NCBI GenBank assembly: GCA_963934165.1 | Contig: CAWVXH010000001.1 | Coordinates: 22,098-86,097 of the forward strand | Reading direction: 5' to 3' | Length of the DNA: 64,000 nucleotides | Source: an uncultured Candidatus Poseidoniales archaeon | Lineage (GTDB): Archaea > Thermoplasmatota > Poseidoniia > Poseidoniales > Thalassarchaeaceae | Part shown: positions 37,141 through 45,972 of the stretch, one piece after another | Layout of the letters: each line of letters opens with the position of its first letter | Position numbering within the stretch: position 1 is the first letter of the stretch | The notes under the pieces: model-generated | Seen by the model: the letters and a program-made list of their open reading frames with translations, nothing else | What the model was told of the DNA's origin: nothing | The model's database searches: none | Translations under genes and position numbers: made by a program

Positions 37141-38364
37141 TCAGCATGATCCAACTTCGGTCCATGATTCGTCAGTTGGGTTACCTGCGCCGTCATCACC
37201 ATTCTCGCTGAATTCATAGTAAGTAGTAGAAATAATAGAGCTAGAATCACTAGCCCAAGGTTGGACCTGATTTACCTCTATCAAGAATGTGTAGCAACCA
37301 TAATCGTTCTCCGTCATATCTTTAATTGGAACGTATTTCATCCCCAAATTCACATCATCAACAGATCCGTCTAGAGTTAATTCTGAACCAAAATCACCAA
37401 CGGTGGCTGAACCGGAACCGTATTCTCCAGATATTGAATCCCAACTTGCTACTGTGTTTACCACTGAAACTTCAGGATAATCAATTGCGGAGTTCCCGAC
37501 AATACTGAGGGTTGCCTTCAACGTATAATCAGCAAATGGCATTGCTCCAGGTCGGTTGATATTGCCCATCGTATCAAGGCCAACCCAAGCGCGTAAACTT
37601 ACACCTACTACACATGAATTTTTATCGTCACAATCATTTCCAGTTCCCATGGCGGCAGCAGAATTCCCTTGCGCATCAGTTACTGTCCGAATTAGATCTG
37701 ATGAATCCAAAGTGTATGACGCAGATGAAGTTCCTGAAGAAAAGTCGACAGTGTATAATTTCAAATTATCAGCATTCCCTTGATAAAATTCAGATACAAT
37801 CAAACTGACAATACCATAATCTCCAATTCCGTCAGCACGATCCATCGAGAAATCCATCTCAGTCATGTATACTTCGGAATCTCCATAATTAATTGAAATC
37901 GTTGCAGAATTCGATGTTGAGCTGAAAAATGCTCCGGACTCTCTAATTGTCAATGTGATTTCATTTGAATCAGAAGATAATTGACTACTTGTAATTGCGA
38001 TGGATCCAGAAGTTAAGCTGGTCAACGCATATGGAGTGGCTAATAAGAGGAGATATACAACTGCCAAAACAACTGTTTTTTTCCTATCAAACGATGTCCA
38101 AACGAAATAAAATGAACCTCCTAGAACTAATAACGGAATTAAAATCGCTAAAGAATATTCGCTTTGCATTTTTGGACTAGAGATGATGAAAGTTAGGATA
38201 AATCCGAGAACGGCTAAACCAGCACCAAGCTTCAGATTAAAAGAAATACCTTTTGATTCTGCTGGTGCAGAACTTGAATTACTTGTTGAAACAACACCTG
38301 TCATGACCGTATCAGATTCAGATTGTTGTTCGATTGCTTTCTGTAGAAGTCCGCCATCACTCAT
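37141..38364 (-). CDS. Hypothetical membrane protein (three N-terminal TM helices plus a roughly 280-aa extracellular domain)
   Basis: Hydrophobic segments 'LGAGLAVLGFILTFIISS', 'LAILIPLLVLGGSFYFVW' and 'VVLAVVYLLLLATPYAL', followed by a Ser/Thr-rich beta-type domain. No motif recognised. Confidence 0.5.
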   Translation of the reverse strand: MSDGGLLQKAIEQQSESDTVMTGVVSTSNSSSAPAESKGISFNLKLGAGLAVLGFILTFIISSPKMQSEYSLAILIPLLVLGGSFYFVWTSFDRKKTVVLAVVYLLLLATPYALTSLTSGSIAITSSQLSSDSNEITLTIRESGAFFSSTSNSATISINYGDSEVYMTEMDFSMDRADGIGDYGIVSLIVSEFYQGNADNLKLYTVDFSSGTSSASYTLDSSDLIRTVTDAQGNSAAAMGTGNDCDDKNSCVVGVSLRAWVGLDTMGNINRPGAMPFADYTLKATLSIVGNSAIDYPEVSVVNTVASWDSISGEYGSGSATVGDFGSELTLDGSVDDVNLGMKYVPIKDMTENDYGCYTFLIEVNQVQPWASDSSSIISTTYYEFSENGDDGAGNPTDESWTEVGSC

Positions 38365-38456
38365 TGAGAAACACCACGTTGGATAAACTCGGGTCTCACT
38401 CGCGGGTTATCAACCCGTTGCCGTTTAGTTACGTCCGAATTAGAAAATATCTGCTA

Positions 38457-39392
38457 TTAGAAAATCCGGGCATCCAATTCTCTGGGCTGTTCAGAGTCGT
38501 CGTCTTCATCACTGCGATATCGACCAGCAAAGGCAGCAGCAGCAAGAGCAGTAATCATCGTAGTGCCCAGTAATTCGAATCCAGGGAGATAAACTCCACG
38601 GATGTAAATTGTAACAGTTTGAATCTGATAATTTGGAATTCCTTCTGTTCTAACTGAATACTCAGAAGTTGCTTTGAATTGTAAATTAAAATATTTATCG
38701 GTCCAACCTTGATTTTTTGGAGTTCTCATTTGTATTCGAACCTTTTCAGCAGGAGACATCGATTCAATTTCGACCGAAACCAATGGAATACTTAACTGGA
38801 ATCCTTCATCATTTAATTCGTCGTAATTTGAAATTTCAACATTGAAGCGATCCATAGCATTTCCATCATTGTATAAGTCGAAGACTAGATTGTAATCTAC
38901 TTTAGGTCTGAGTTGAAGGAAAGCTATCTCGGAGGCAACTCGGAGCCGGCTGAATTGTTTAATCACTGCAAGTACCTTGTAAGTTGTAGGAGTACCAACT
39001 ACAGTCACACCATTTGCCTGCACCACTTCTGCAGTTATTGAAATTTGATGCTGCCCCTCAGCCATTCGCAACTCTCCCCGGAGGATGACCTGGAAATTCA
39101 CCACGCCTCCTGCACCAACAGTCAGAGAAGCAGGTCCAGCTGAGATGAGAGCACCGGATTGAATCTGGATGTTTACTTTCTCTGAATAAATCGTTGGATT
39201 ATCTAATTTGCAATTGATAATTGCTGTTCTGGTTGAGCCAGGATAAACCTCGATGGGTTGAGGATTGTCACAGGTTAGAGTGATGTCGGGAGTGGGGTTC
39301 TGTGCTTGCACTGCAGCAACACCAGCGAACATGCTCAGCATGTACACAACGAGTATCATCAAGACAGGTCTAACCGAGCGTGCCGACTTCAT
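38457..39392 (-). CDS. Hypothetical secreted protein with two beta-sandwich-like modules and a C-terminal TM anchor plus acidic tail
   Basis: Signal 'RPVLMILVVYMLSMFAGVAAVQA'. C-terminal 'LLGTTMITALAAAAFAG', then 'RYRSDEDDDSEQPRELD'. Confidence 0.55.
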   Translation of the reverse strand: MKSARSVRPVLMILVVYMLSMFAGVAAVQAQNPTPDITLTCDNPQPIEVYPGSTRTAIINCKLDNPTIYSEKVNIQIQSGALISAGPASLTVGAGGVVNFQVILRGELRMAEGQHQISITAEVVQANGVTVVGTPTTYKVLAVIKQFSRLRVASEIAFLQLRPKVDYNLVFDLYNDGNAMDRFNVEISNYDELNDEGFQLSIPLVSVEIESMSPAEKVRIQMRTPKNQGWTDKYFNLQFKATSEYSVRTEGIPNYQIQTVTIYIRGVYLPGFELLGTTMITALAAAAFAGRYRSDEDDDSEQPRELDARIF

Positions 39393-39627
39393 TAACCGAA
39401 TGCCGCCAAAGGCCGTATTTGAGCCTTCTCACGCTGAGTGTGGCGAAAAGCATCAAAACCGAACCTAAATAATAGATGGGACACAAATAATCGAATAGTC
39501 AAATCATGATGGGAAAGTTCAATATTGGGCTAAATTAAGTAAAACTTTAGTAATTTTTTCATTGAGATGTTACAGTTCCCAGACCGTATCAAAATTAACT
39601 AATTAGAGTTGTAAACGATTTGAAAGA

Positions 39628-39704
39628 TGGTGGACCCGACCGGATTTGAACCGGTGGCCACTCGGTTATGAGCCGAGCGCTCTAACCAACTGAGCTACGG
39701 GTCC
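39628..39704 (-). tRNA. tRNA with CAU anticodon (elongator tRNA-Met, or tRNA-Ile2 if C34 is modified), genomically encoded CCA
   Basis: Reverse complement: GGACCCG TA GCTC AGTTGGTTA GAGC G CTCGG CTCATAA CCGAG TGGCC ACCGG TTCAAAT CCGGT CGGGTCC A CCA. All four stems are perfectly paired. The G1-C72 pair argues against an archaeal initiator. Confidence 0.9.
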
Positions 39705-39750
39705 TGAGGTGTCTCATCTAACAATCGGAGATGAACTTATCTTATGCCAA

Positions 39751-39757
39751 TTTTAAA
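39751..39757. promoter_or_regulatory. Candidate TATA-like element (TTTTAAA) in the divergent intergenic region between tRNA-CAU and the gene at 39815
   Basis: This is the only strong A/T box in the 110-nt divergent spacer. The spacing is about 47-53 nt from the tRNA 5' end and about 58-64 nt from the ATG at 39815, so a leader would be required. Weak evidence. Confidence 0.2.
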
Positions 39758-39814
39758 TTCTTCCAGTTGATTACCACTCAACCTTGAAGCGTTACCGACG
39801 ACCGCCAGTAGTTC

Positions 39815-41434
39815 ATGACTAACAAATCGAGACTGGCGAAAATTCTCAGAGCACCATTTGAGCCAACAGGCGGCGAGGGAAAATTATGGGTGATGTTCTT
39901 CACGTCACTGCTTTTAGTTTCAGGAATGAATTTCTATGCGATTATCCGTGAACCTGACATGATTGAAATAGAGGAAATTCAAAATTTCCCACGAGAAACT
40001 GTGAAAGTTGAAGGGGTTTTAACCAGTTATGTAAGAGACCCATATGGTGAACAGGCAAATCGAATAGATTTACAGATTGCCTCACATGATGGTAATTCTG
40101 TAATTAAAGTCAGATGGAATGTTGACCTGACAGTTACTGTTCCTCCGATTGGTAGCATCGTAACAATAGAAGGAGAAGTGTCTGAATGGAATGGAAGAAT
40201 TTGGTTACAATCCAATGGTTATGGTGCGATTACGGCGAAAGAGCAAGTGATTCAATTTAGAGGAGAGACTCTTGTGCATGTCGCTCAAAATCCTCCAAAA
40301 TATGCAAACCAATCCCTTGAAATTGAAGGATATCTAAGTGAAGCTTTATCGCCGAACATAACCTATCAATCTCTCAGCCTAATGGATAATCCAGCTTATG
40401 GAAATTCAGACCACCTCCTCTACATGCAAGTAGAAGGCCGTCTCGAACCAGAATTGGGCACTATCGAAGCTGGCAGTCATGTCATCGTTTCAGGATGGCT
40501 ACAATATGATGAGAGATCATTGAGATGGCGTCTGATTGCTCAGGCGACATCCGTTGAGGTTCTAAATTATGCAGACCCTGTGAAAATCAAGTGGGATGTA
40601 GAACCATATACACTAACTTATGATGTTGGAAAAATGGTCATTATCGATGGTACCGTATCATTTGATGGAACGAATTGGTGGTTACTCGGCCCGGCCCCTA
40701 CCGATAGATTGTGCCTTCTTGCCTCCCCTGAGGATGTTTCGAATAATATCGATGGAATTTCAGACGAATGGACAGGGCGACTTGTTTGGGCAACCGATGA
40801 AGCGGTAATTTGCCTTGATCGAGGCCAACAACCCGAATTCGGCAATCCTCATGGTCAAATTGGTGAAGATGCAATAAACATGCTTGATGTCGCTCAAAAT
40901 CCATTTGGTTTTGTAAATCAAAATCATACCTTTGAAGGATGGATTACAGATCCTATTTCACCAGATTATGATAAGGGCTATGTTGGCGATGGTCCTGATT
41001 ATTACTCACGAGATACTAAATTACGGATACAATTAATCGGCGAACACGTCGAATGGATCGAAGCGGGTCAATTAATTCGATTCAACGCGACAGTTATCTG
41101 GTCCGAATCAGAGGGCCGGGTTATCTTAGATGCTCGTTCATGGACCTTAGGTGACACTCCTGAACCCACCGCCTTGAATTGGGGGGACGGGTATGATTCA
41201 TGGCGTTGGGAAGTTGGAAAATTAGTCAGCATCACCGGCGAAGCAGTGATAGATGAGGATGGAAACCAATGGGTCAATCGTTCTGGTTCTATTGAACAAA
41301 TATGCTTACTTGGAGACGGAACAGAACCCAACCAACAGGCAAATGCAGGTGAGCCTTTGACTTGGATTGGCAGATTGATAATGTCAGAGGTACCACTTGC
41401 AAATACTATTTATTTCTGCTTAGATGTACGCTGA
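39815..41434 (+). CDS. Membrane-anchored extracellular protein built from internally duplicated OB-fold-like modules
   Basis: N-terminal anchor 'LWVMFFTSLLLVSGMNFYAII'. The repeated module pair can be seen by eye: 'YDVGKMVIIDGTVSFDGTNWWLLG..RLCLL..WTGRLVW..VICLD' versus 'WEVGKLVSITGEAVIDEDGNQWVN..QICLL..WIGRLIM..YFCLD'. Each is preceded by a 'VEG/IEG/FEG...V.GW' barrel-like unit. Confidence 0.55.
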   Translation: MTNKSRLAKILRAPFEPTGGEGKLWVMFFTSLLLVSGMNFYAIIREPDMIEIEEIQNFPRETVKVEGVLTSYVRDPYGEQANRIDLQIASHDGNSVIKVRWNVDLTVTVPPIGSIVTIEGEVSEWNGRIWLQSNGYGAITAKEQVIQFRGETLVHVAQNPPKYANQSLEIEGYLSEALSPNITYQSLSLMDNPAYGNSDHLLYMQVEGRLEPELGTIEAGSHVIVSGWLQYDERSLRWRLIAQATSVEVLNYADPVKIKWDVEPYTLTYDVGKMVIIDGTVSFDGTNWWLLGPAPTDRLCLLASPEDVSNNIDGISDEWTGRLVWATDEAVICLDRGQQPEFGNPHGQIGEDAINMLDVAQNPFGFVNQNHTFEGWITDPISPDYDKGYVGDGPDYYSRDTKLRIQLIGEHVEWIEAGQLIRFNATVIWSESEGRVILDARSWTLGDTPEPTALNWGDGYDSWRWEVGKLVSITGEAVIDEDGNQWVNRSGSIEQICLLGDGTEPNQQANAGEPLTWIGRLIMSEVPLANTIYFCLDVR

Positions 41435-41443
41435 GGTGATTTC

Positions 41444-43096
41444 ATGGACCCTTTTTTCGTAGACTTCGGATGGTTAATCGCCTCTTTCGTCATCGGAGTA
41501 TTCCTTGGCTGTTTAACTGGTTTAATTCCCGGTTTCCACGTGAATAACGTCGCATTGATTGCACTTTCATTATCCCCCATCGCAGTAGGTCTAGGAATTC
41601 CTCTCGATGCAGTCGCAGGAATAATTGTCGCAACTGGAACCGTTCATACTTTCCTGAATTATATCCCTAGTGCGCTGATCGGCGCGCCAGATGATAATAT
41701 GGCGTTAGCACTTTTACCAGGCCACAGAATGCTGGTTTCAGGCCAGGCAGCCCAGGGAGTTGCTTACTCAGCCCGAGGCTCTCAAATGGGCATGATGATG
41801 TCTATTCCATTGCTAATTGTTGCTCGTCTATTATTCGGTAAAGAGCCAGGATTGGGTTTGTATGAAGCAAGCCGTGAAGTCTTACCTTGGTTGCTTTTAT
41901 TCATTTCAATATTCTTAATCGCAACAGAGACGACTCGATTACCTTGGCCAGTTTGGGTACAAAAAATGACCAAAAATTTGAGATGGAAACTACCGAAAAA
42001 ATTCGAACTATCGGTCCCTTTGGGTAAAAGCAGGATCTATCGAAGTTGGGAATACCTCGATTTCACATTTGGCTCAAGTTCTAGAATGGCTGGAATTCTC
42101 GCCGCTACTGCCTTCTTTTGCTTGTCTGGATTTTACGGCTGGGCTGTATTCGAGTTACCGGGTAGATCACCTATTGGAATGCCTTCTGCAACCCTCTTGT
42201 TCCCGGGACTTGCAGGCCTTTTCGGAATCGCAAACCTCATCGATATCTATGTTACGACATCAGAGATTCCACCACAAGAACCGAATTGGGAGATGCCGAA
42301 GATGCGTCCGCTTGCAGTTCCAACATTTCTATCGGCTATCGTATCTTCAGTAATGGCAATATTACCTGGAATGACTGCTGCTCAAGCCACCGTCGTGGTA
42401 ATGAGTATGCGAAATTTCTGGGGTCGATTGACCGATCCCAATTATGTTCCAGCAGATTTTGAACATGGGACTCAGGACTTCCCGAAAATAAATTCTGGCT
42501 CAATTTACGAGGGATTAGACGATTTATCTGATGAAGAAGCTGCATTATTTTCTGCAGCACTTGAAGAAGCAGGGGGTACTTCAGAGGAAGATTTTGCAAG
42601 TAGGAGCCAGCAACAGGATTTGGAAATTATTGCAATTCTGTCCTCCGTTAATACAGCGGTAACAGTAATGGTTCTCGGATTTCTATACATGGTAGGAAGA
42701 CCACGTTCCGGAGCTGCCCTCGCTCTGAACATGATGTACCCAATCGACCTTTGGAACGGCATCAGTCCTCCATCTGATTTTATTCGTCTTCTCGGAATAA
42801 CGATAGGTGCTGGTTTATTTGCAGTTCCAGTAATGATTCGAGTTGGGAAAGGAATGTTACGAGTTCATGAAATGGTTCCATTGCGAACATTAGTTGGTGC
42901 AGTCACACTCCTCGTTACAGTACTGGTTTGGTTATCGACAGGTTGGATAGGAGTTGGAGTTCTAATGATCGGTACTCAACTCGGATTGATGCCACCCCGA
43001 ATTGGTATACGAAGAAGTCATGCGATGGGAATCATTCTCGTGCCGATAATGCTCTACACTTTTGCTCAAGAATTCGATGGCTTCGGATTTATTTGA
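41444..43096 (+). CDS. Polytopic membrane protein, possibly TctA/DUF112 (COG1784)-like transporter subunit
   Basis: More than 10 hydrophobic segments. The N-terminal 'GCLTGLIPGFHVNNVALIAL' resembles the G.PG motif of TctA-family proteins. There is an acidic cytoplasmic insert 'DLSDEEAALFSAALEEAGGTSEEDF'. The start lies 9 nt after the upstream stop. Confidence 0.4.
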   Translation: MDPFFVDFGWLIASFVIGVFLGCLTGLIPGFHVNNVALIALSLSPIAVGLGIPLDAVAGIIVATGTVHTFLNYIPSALIGAPDDNMALALLPGHRMLVSGQAAQGVAYSARGSQMGMMMSIPLLIVARLLFGKEPGLGLYEASREVLPWLLLFISIFLIATETTRLPWPVWVQKMTKNLRWKLPKKFELSVPLGKSRIYRSWEYLDFTFGSSSRMAGILAATAFFCLSGFYGWAVFELPGRSPIGMPSATLLFPGLAGLFGIANLIDIYVTTSEIPPQEPNWEMPKMRPLAVPTFLSAIVSSVMAILPGMTAAQATVVVMSMRNFWGRLTDPNYVPADFEHGTQDFPKINSGSIYEGLDDLSDEEAALFSAALEEAGGTSEEDFASRSQQQDLEIIAILSSVNTAVTVMVLGFLYMVGRPRSGAALALNMMYPIDLWNGISPPSDFIRLLGITIGAGLFAVPVMIRVGKGMLRVHEMVPLRTLVGAVTLLVTVLVWLSTGWIGVGVLMIGTQLGLMPPRIGIRRSHAMGIILVPIMLYTFAQEFDGFGFI

Positions 43097-43172
43097 ATAT
43101 TTCAAGTGAAATCGCCTGCTAACAGTAACTGGAACGCTTATGTCAGGAAACCGTTCGTAGCCATATAGAGCA

Positions 43173-45899
43173 GTGGATACCGTGAATGGAAATATGAATG
43201 GAAAAAATAAAATGATACCAGCAATTTTTGTCGTTGTTGGAATGTTACTGATGATTGTCAATGCGGTGATTTTGACATCGATTGTTGATGGAATAGTCGC
43301 GGATACTGTCGCGGGAGCAATCGCAGATGCTCGCGATAACCTTGAAGATTGGGAAGGTGACGATAGTTGGATGAATTCAACAGATGAGAGAGCATATTAT
43401 GCATATAATCTTGCCAATATTGATGCAATCAATTCCGGCGAAACAGATGCGCCTGAATTTGAATTGATTGGCCCTGCAATCTACACAGTTACAACCCATC
43501 GGGAAGTTCTTGCTTTTGATGAAGATGCTGGAGAAATGACATATTCAGAATACGATGTATTCGAATGGTGTGAAATTTGTACTCACGATGGAAAGATATC
43601 GGTATCAGGAGAAACTGAACTCACCAATGTCAATATCCTATATAACACTCAGAAAGTCGCTGGCCTATCAACTGGGATTACGTATGGTGAAATTTTCGCA
43701 AAAGCTGGGTTTTCCAACGCGATGATAGCTAACGATTTACAAAACCGTGCACCAAGCATTTGGTCGGCTGCTGAAATCAATATGATGGTGGATGGAGTAG
43801 CAGCACAACTGGTGCAAGCAGGATATGACGAAGCCACGGCTTCAGCAATGGCTCCGGTCGCATACCTTAACGCAGCTTATGCAAATTGGAATGCTTCAGC
43901 AGGAGGAGCGAGTCCTATGGATCCAGATTTCACTGAAGTTGCAAATTATATTCTCTATGATGCAGTAGACCCTTCAACTGGTGATTGTATCGCATTAACA
44001 TGTGAAATCGGACCAATGTTAGCTGCTGGAATCGGTGAGCCGGCTGACGAAACTACTGCAGTCCGTGCAGCACTTTACGGATATTCAGACCGTCTCGACA
44101 CCACCCTCATCGACTGGACTGTTTACGCATTGGCTGGAATAACTTTCCAATCTAATGGAGGAGGTGCAGATTTAGAAAGTGCAGAAAATCTTCGTGAAAG
44201 ATTACGAACTGCAACCGACCCTAATTTAAATCAGGACTCAAATAATAATGGAATTCCATACGATGATGGAATGGATATTACAAATCCAGACACCTTGAAT
44301 TATTTATTATTCGGAATCAATGAAGATACTGGATTAGGAGCTGGCTTATTGACTGAGACTGATTTCAATGGCATTCCACTACACGGTGTCGCACTTCTAT
44401 TATTGGGAGCACAAAGTGATGCATTCGGAACGATGTTAGAATACAACATCAATCTTGCTCAAGTACTCGCACTTGCCGATTATGCTGGAGGATGGATTGG
44501 CATGGTTGGAACAATGACTGAATTTGAAGCGATTTTAATCGGTGGGCAAGGCACGATCAATGCTGACCTTTGGTGGCAACTTTCATTCGGTTCAGTCGAA
44601 CCTCTTGAGGGAGGATACCTATCTATTGGATTGAATAGAGCAGATCATGCAGGAGATGCTGACTTAACAATTGAAAAGGTTAGAGAAATTCTCTATGATG
44701 GCCCATTTGCACTGACCGGTAATTTTGCTATTACTTTCATGTATAGTGAATTATCTGGAAAGACACTACCAACCGGGGCAGATGGAATTCCGGTGAGTGG
44801 TGGAGAGCAGATCGATTGGACTGATGAATTAGTTGCAGGTATGTATGGAATCGATACCGAAGCAGCAGCAGCACTTCGATCATGGGTGAAGGATTTAATG
44901 TTCGATCAAGTAATCGGGGCATTGTTAGGTTTCCAATATGGAACATCACCTTATACAACTCAATCACTCAATAACTGGCTCTATGGTTGGAGAGATATCG
45001 CAGTTGCAGATACGCTTGGCGATATCAACGACATGAATCTCGGTTGGGTTAGTTTGGAAACAAACATGACCTACTATGGATCAGATGGTGTTAGCACAGG
45101 AGATTATTCAGTTTACAAGATGAGCACGGGAAGCGGTCCAGACGGTCTCGCTAGTGTCGAGCATAGAATTGCTGAAGGATACATCAGTGGAGAAACTGGC
45201 GAAATTTATGACATGAGTGAATATTTGCCTTGGAGGTCTCCGGCTGCTGAAGAAGAAAAATATGGGTTATTGACTGATCATGTAGGTAATGCAAATACAA
45301 TCCTCAATGGAACCATAGGTGGCATTGGAGATGCTGATGAATCATTCAAAGTAAATTTAGTTGGTTATGCTATAGCGGACAGTATCGTTGGAGACAATGT
45401 GGTCTACAAGGGAATCCCCATGGTAGAGCATACGGTAAATCTCGACCCTTCGACGCACCAAATTCAAGCAAAATTACTCGCAACAGGAACAATCCTTGAT
45501 GTAGTGCCGGGTGGATTACCAATTTACTTCGGCTCGACAGTTGACCTGAAAGTAGAACCGGTTACCAATGTAGTCATGTATGGAAAATCTGTTTCACGAT
45601 TCTACCTTGACCTGAGAGGAGCCGGGTCAATGAATCCAGACTTTGGCTCTGACTCATCAGATGTTCAACCGGTTTTTGAAATCCATACCTTTAGCGAAAT
45701 TAGTGATGAAGATGCGGCTTCCTTCAAAGAAGCCGTTAACGACAATATGGGTCTAACTTACTGGACCAATTTCGACTCTGGCGCAGATGCAAAGTATATC
45801 GATTATGTAGCGGCTTCAATCTATATTATCAGTATAGTAATGATGGCGTTCGGTTCCAGGAAATTTATGGAATCTCATTCTAACAATAAAGAGGAATAA
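43173..45899 (+). CDS. 908-aa ectodomain protein with N- and C-terminal TM anchors; both ends resemble the CD36/LIMP-2/SR-B family
   Basis: TM helices 'IPAIFVVVGMLLMIVNAVILTSIV' and 'YVAASIYIISIVMMAF'. 'YYAYNLANIDAINSGETDAPEFELIGPAIYTV..VLAFDEDAGEMTYSEYDVFEW' parallels the CD36-family N-terminal consensus (F.F.V.NP.EV..GE.P...E.GPY.Y...V.F...N.TVSY). C-terminal 'YKGIPMVEH', 'GLPIYFGS' and 'VDLKVEPVTNVVMYGKSVSRFYLDL' parallel 'LKGIPVYRF', 'PV[FY][IL]S.PHF' and 'LDIEP.TG..L...KRLQ.NL'. GTG start; ATGs 21 and 39 nt downstream are possible. Confidence 0.5.
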   Translation: MDTVNGNMNGKNKMIPAIFVVVGMLLMIVNAVILTSIVDGIVADTVAGAIADARDNLEDWEGDDSWMNSTDERAYYAYNLANIDAINSGETDAPEFELIGPAIYTVTTHREVLAFDEDAGEMTYSEYDVFEWCEICTHDGKISVSGETELTNVNILYNTQKVAGLSTGITYGEIFAKAGFSNAMIANDLQNRAPSIWSAAEINMMVDGVAAQLVQAGYDEATASAMAPVAYLNAAYANWNASAGGASPMDPDFTEVANYILYDAVDPSTGDCIALTCEIGPMLAAGIGEPADETTAVRAALYGYSDRLDTTLIDWTVYALAGITFQSNGGGADLESAENLRERLRTATDPNLNQDSNNNGIPYDDGMDITNPDTLNYLLFGINEDTGLGAGLLTETDFNGIPLHGVALLLLGAQSDAFGTMLEYNINLAQVLALADYAGGWIGMVGTMTEFEAILIGGQGTINADLWWQLSFGSVEPLEGGYLSIGLNRADHAGDADLTIEKVREILYDGPFALTGNFAITFMYSELSGKTLPTGADGIPVSGGEQIDWTDELVAGMYGIDTEAAAALRSWVKDLMFDQVIGALLGFQYGTSPYTTQSLNNWLYGWRDIAVADTLGDINDMNLGWVSLETNMTYYGSDGVSTGDYSVYKMSTGSGPDGLASVEHRIAEGYISGETGEIYDMSEYLPWRSPAAEEEKYGLLTDHVGNANTILNGTIGGIGDADESFKVNLVGYAIADSIVGDNVVYKGIPMVEHTVNLDPSTHQIQAKLLATGTILDVVPGGLPIYFGSTVDLKVEPVTNVVMYGKSVSRFYLDLRGAGSMNPDFGSDSSDVQPVFEIHTFSEISDEDAASFKEAVNDNMGLTYWTNFDSGADAKYIDYVAASIYIISIVMMAFGSRKFMESHSNNKEE

Positions 45900-45972
45900 T
45901 AATTTTCGTCCAGCTATGCTGAGCGGAATACATCGACCCAAAGGGTTCAATCCTTATTGGACGACTGGATGA

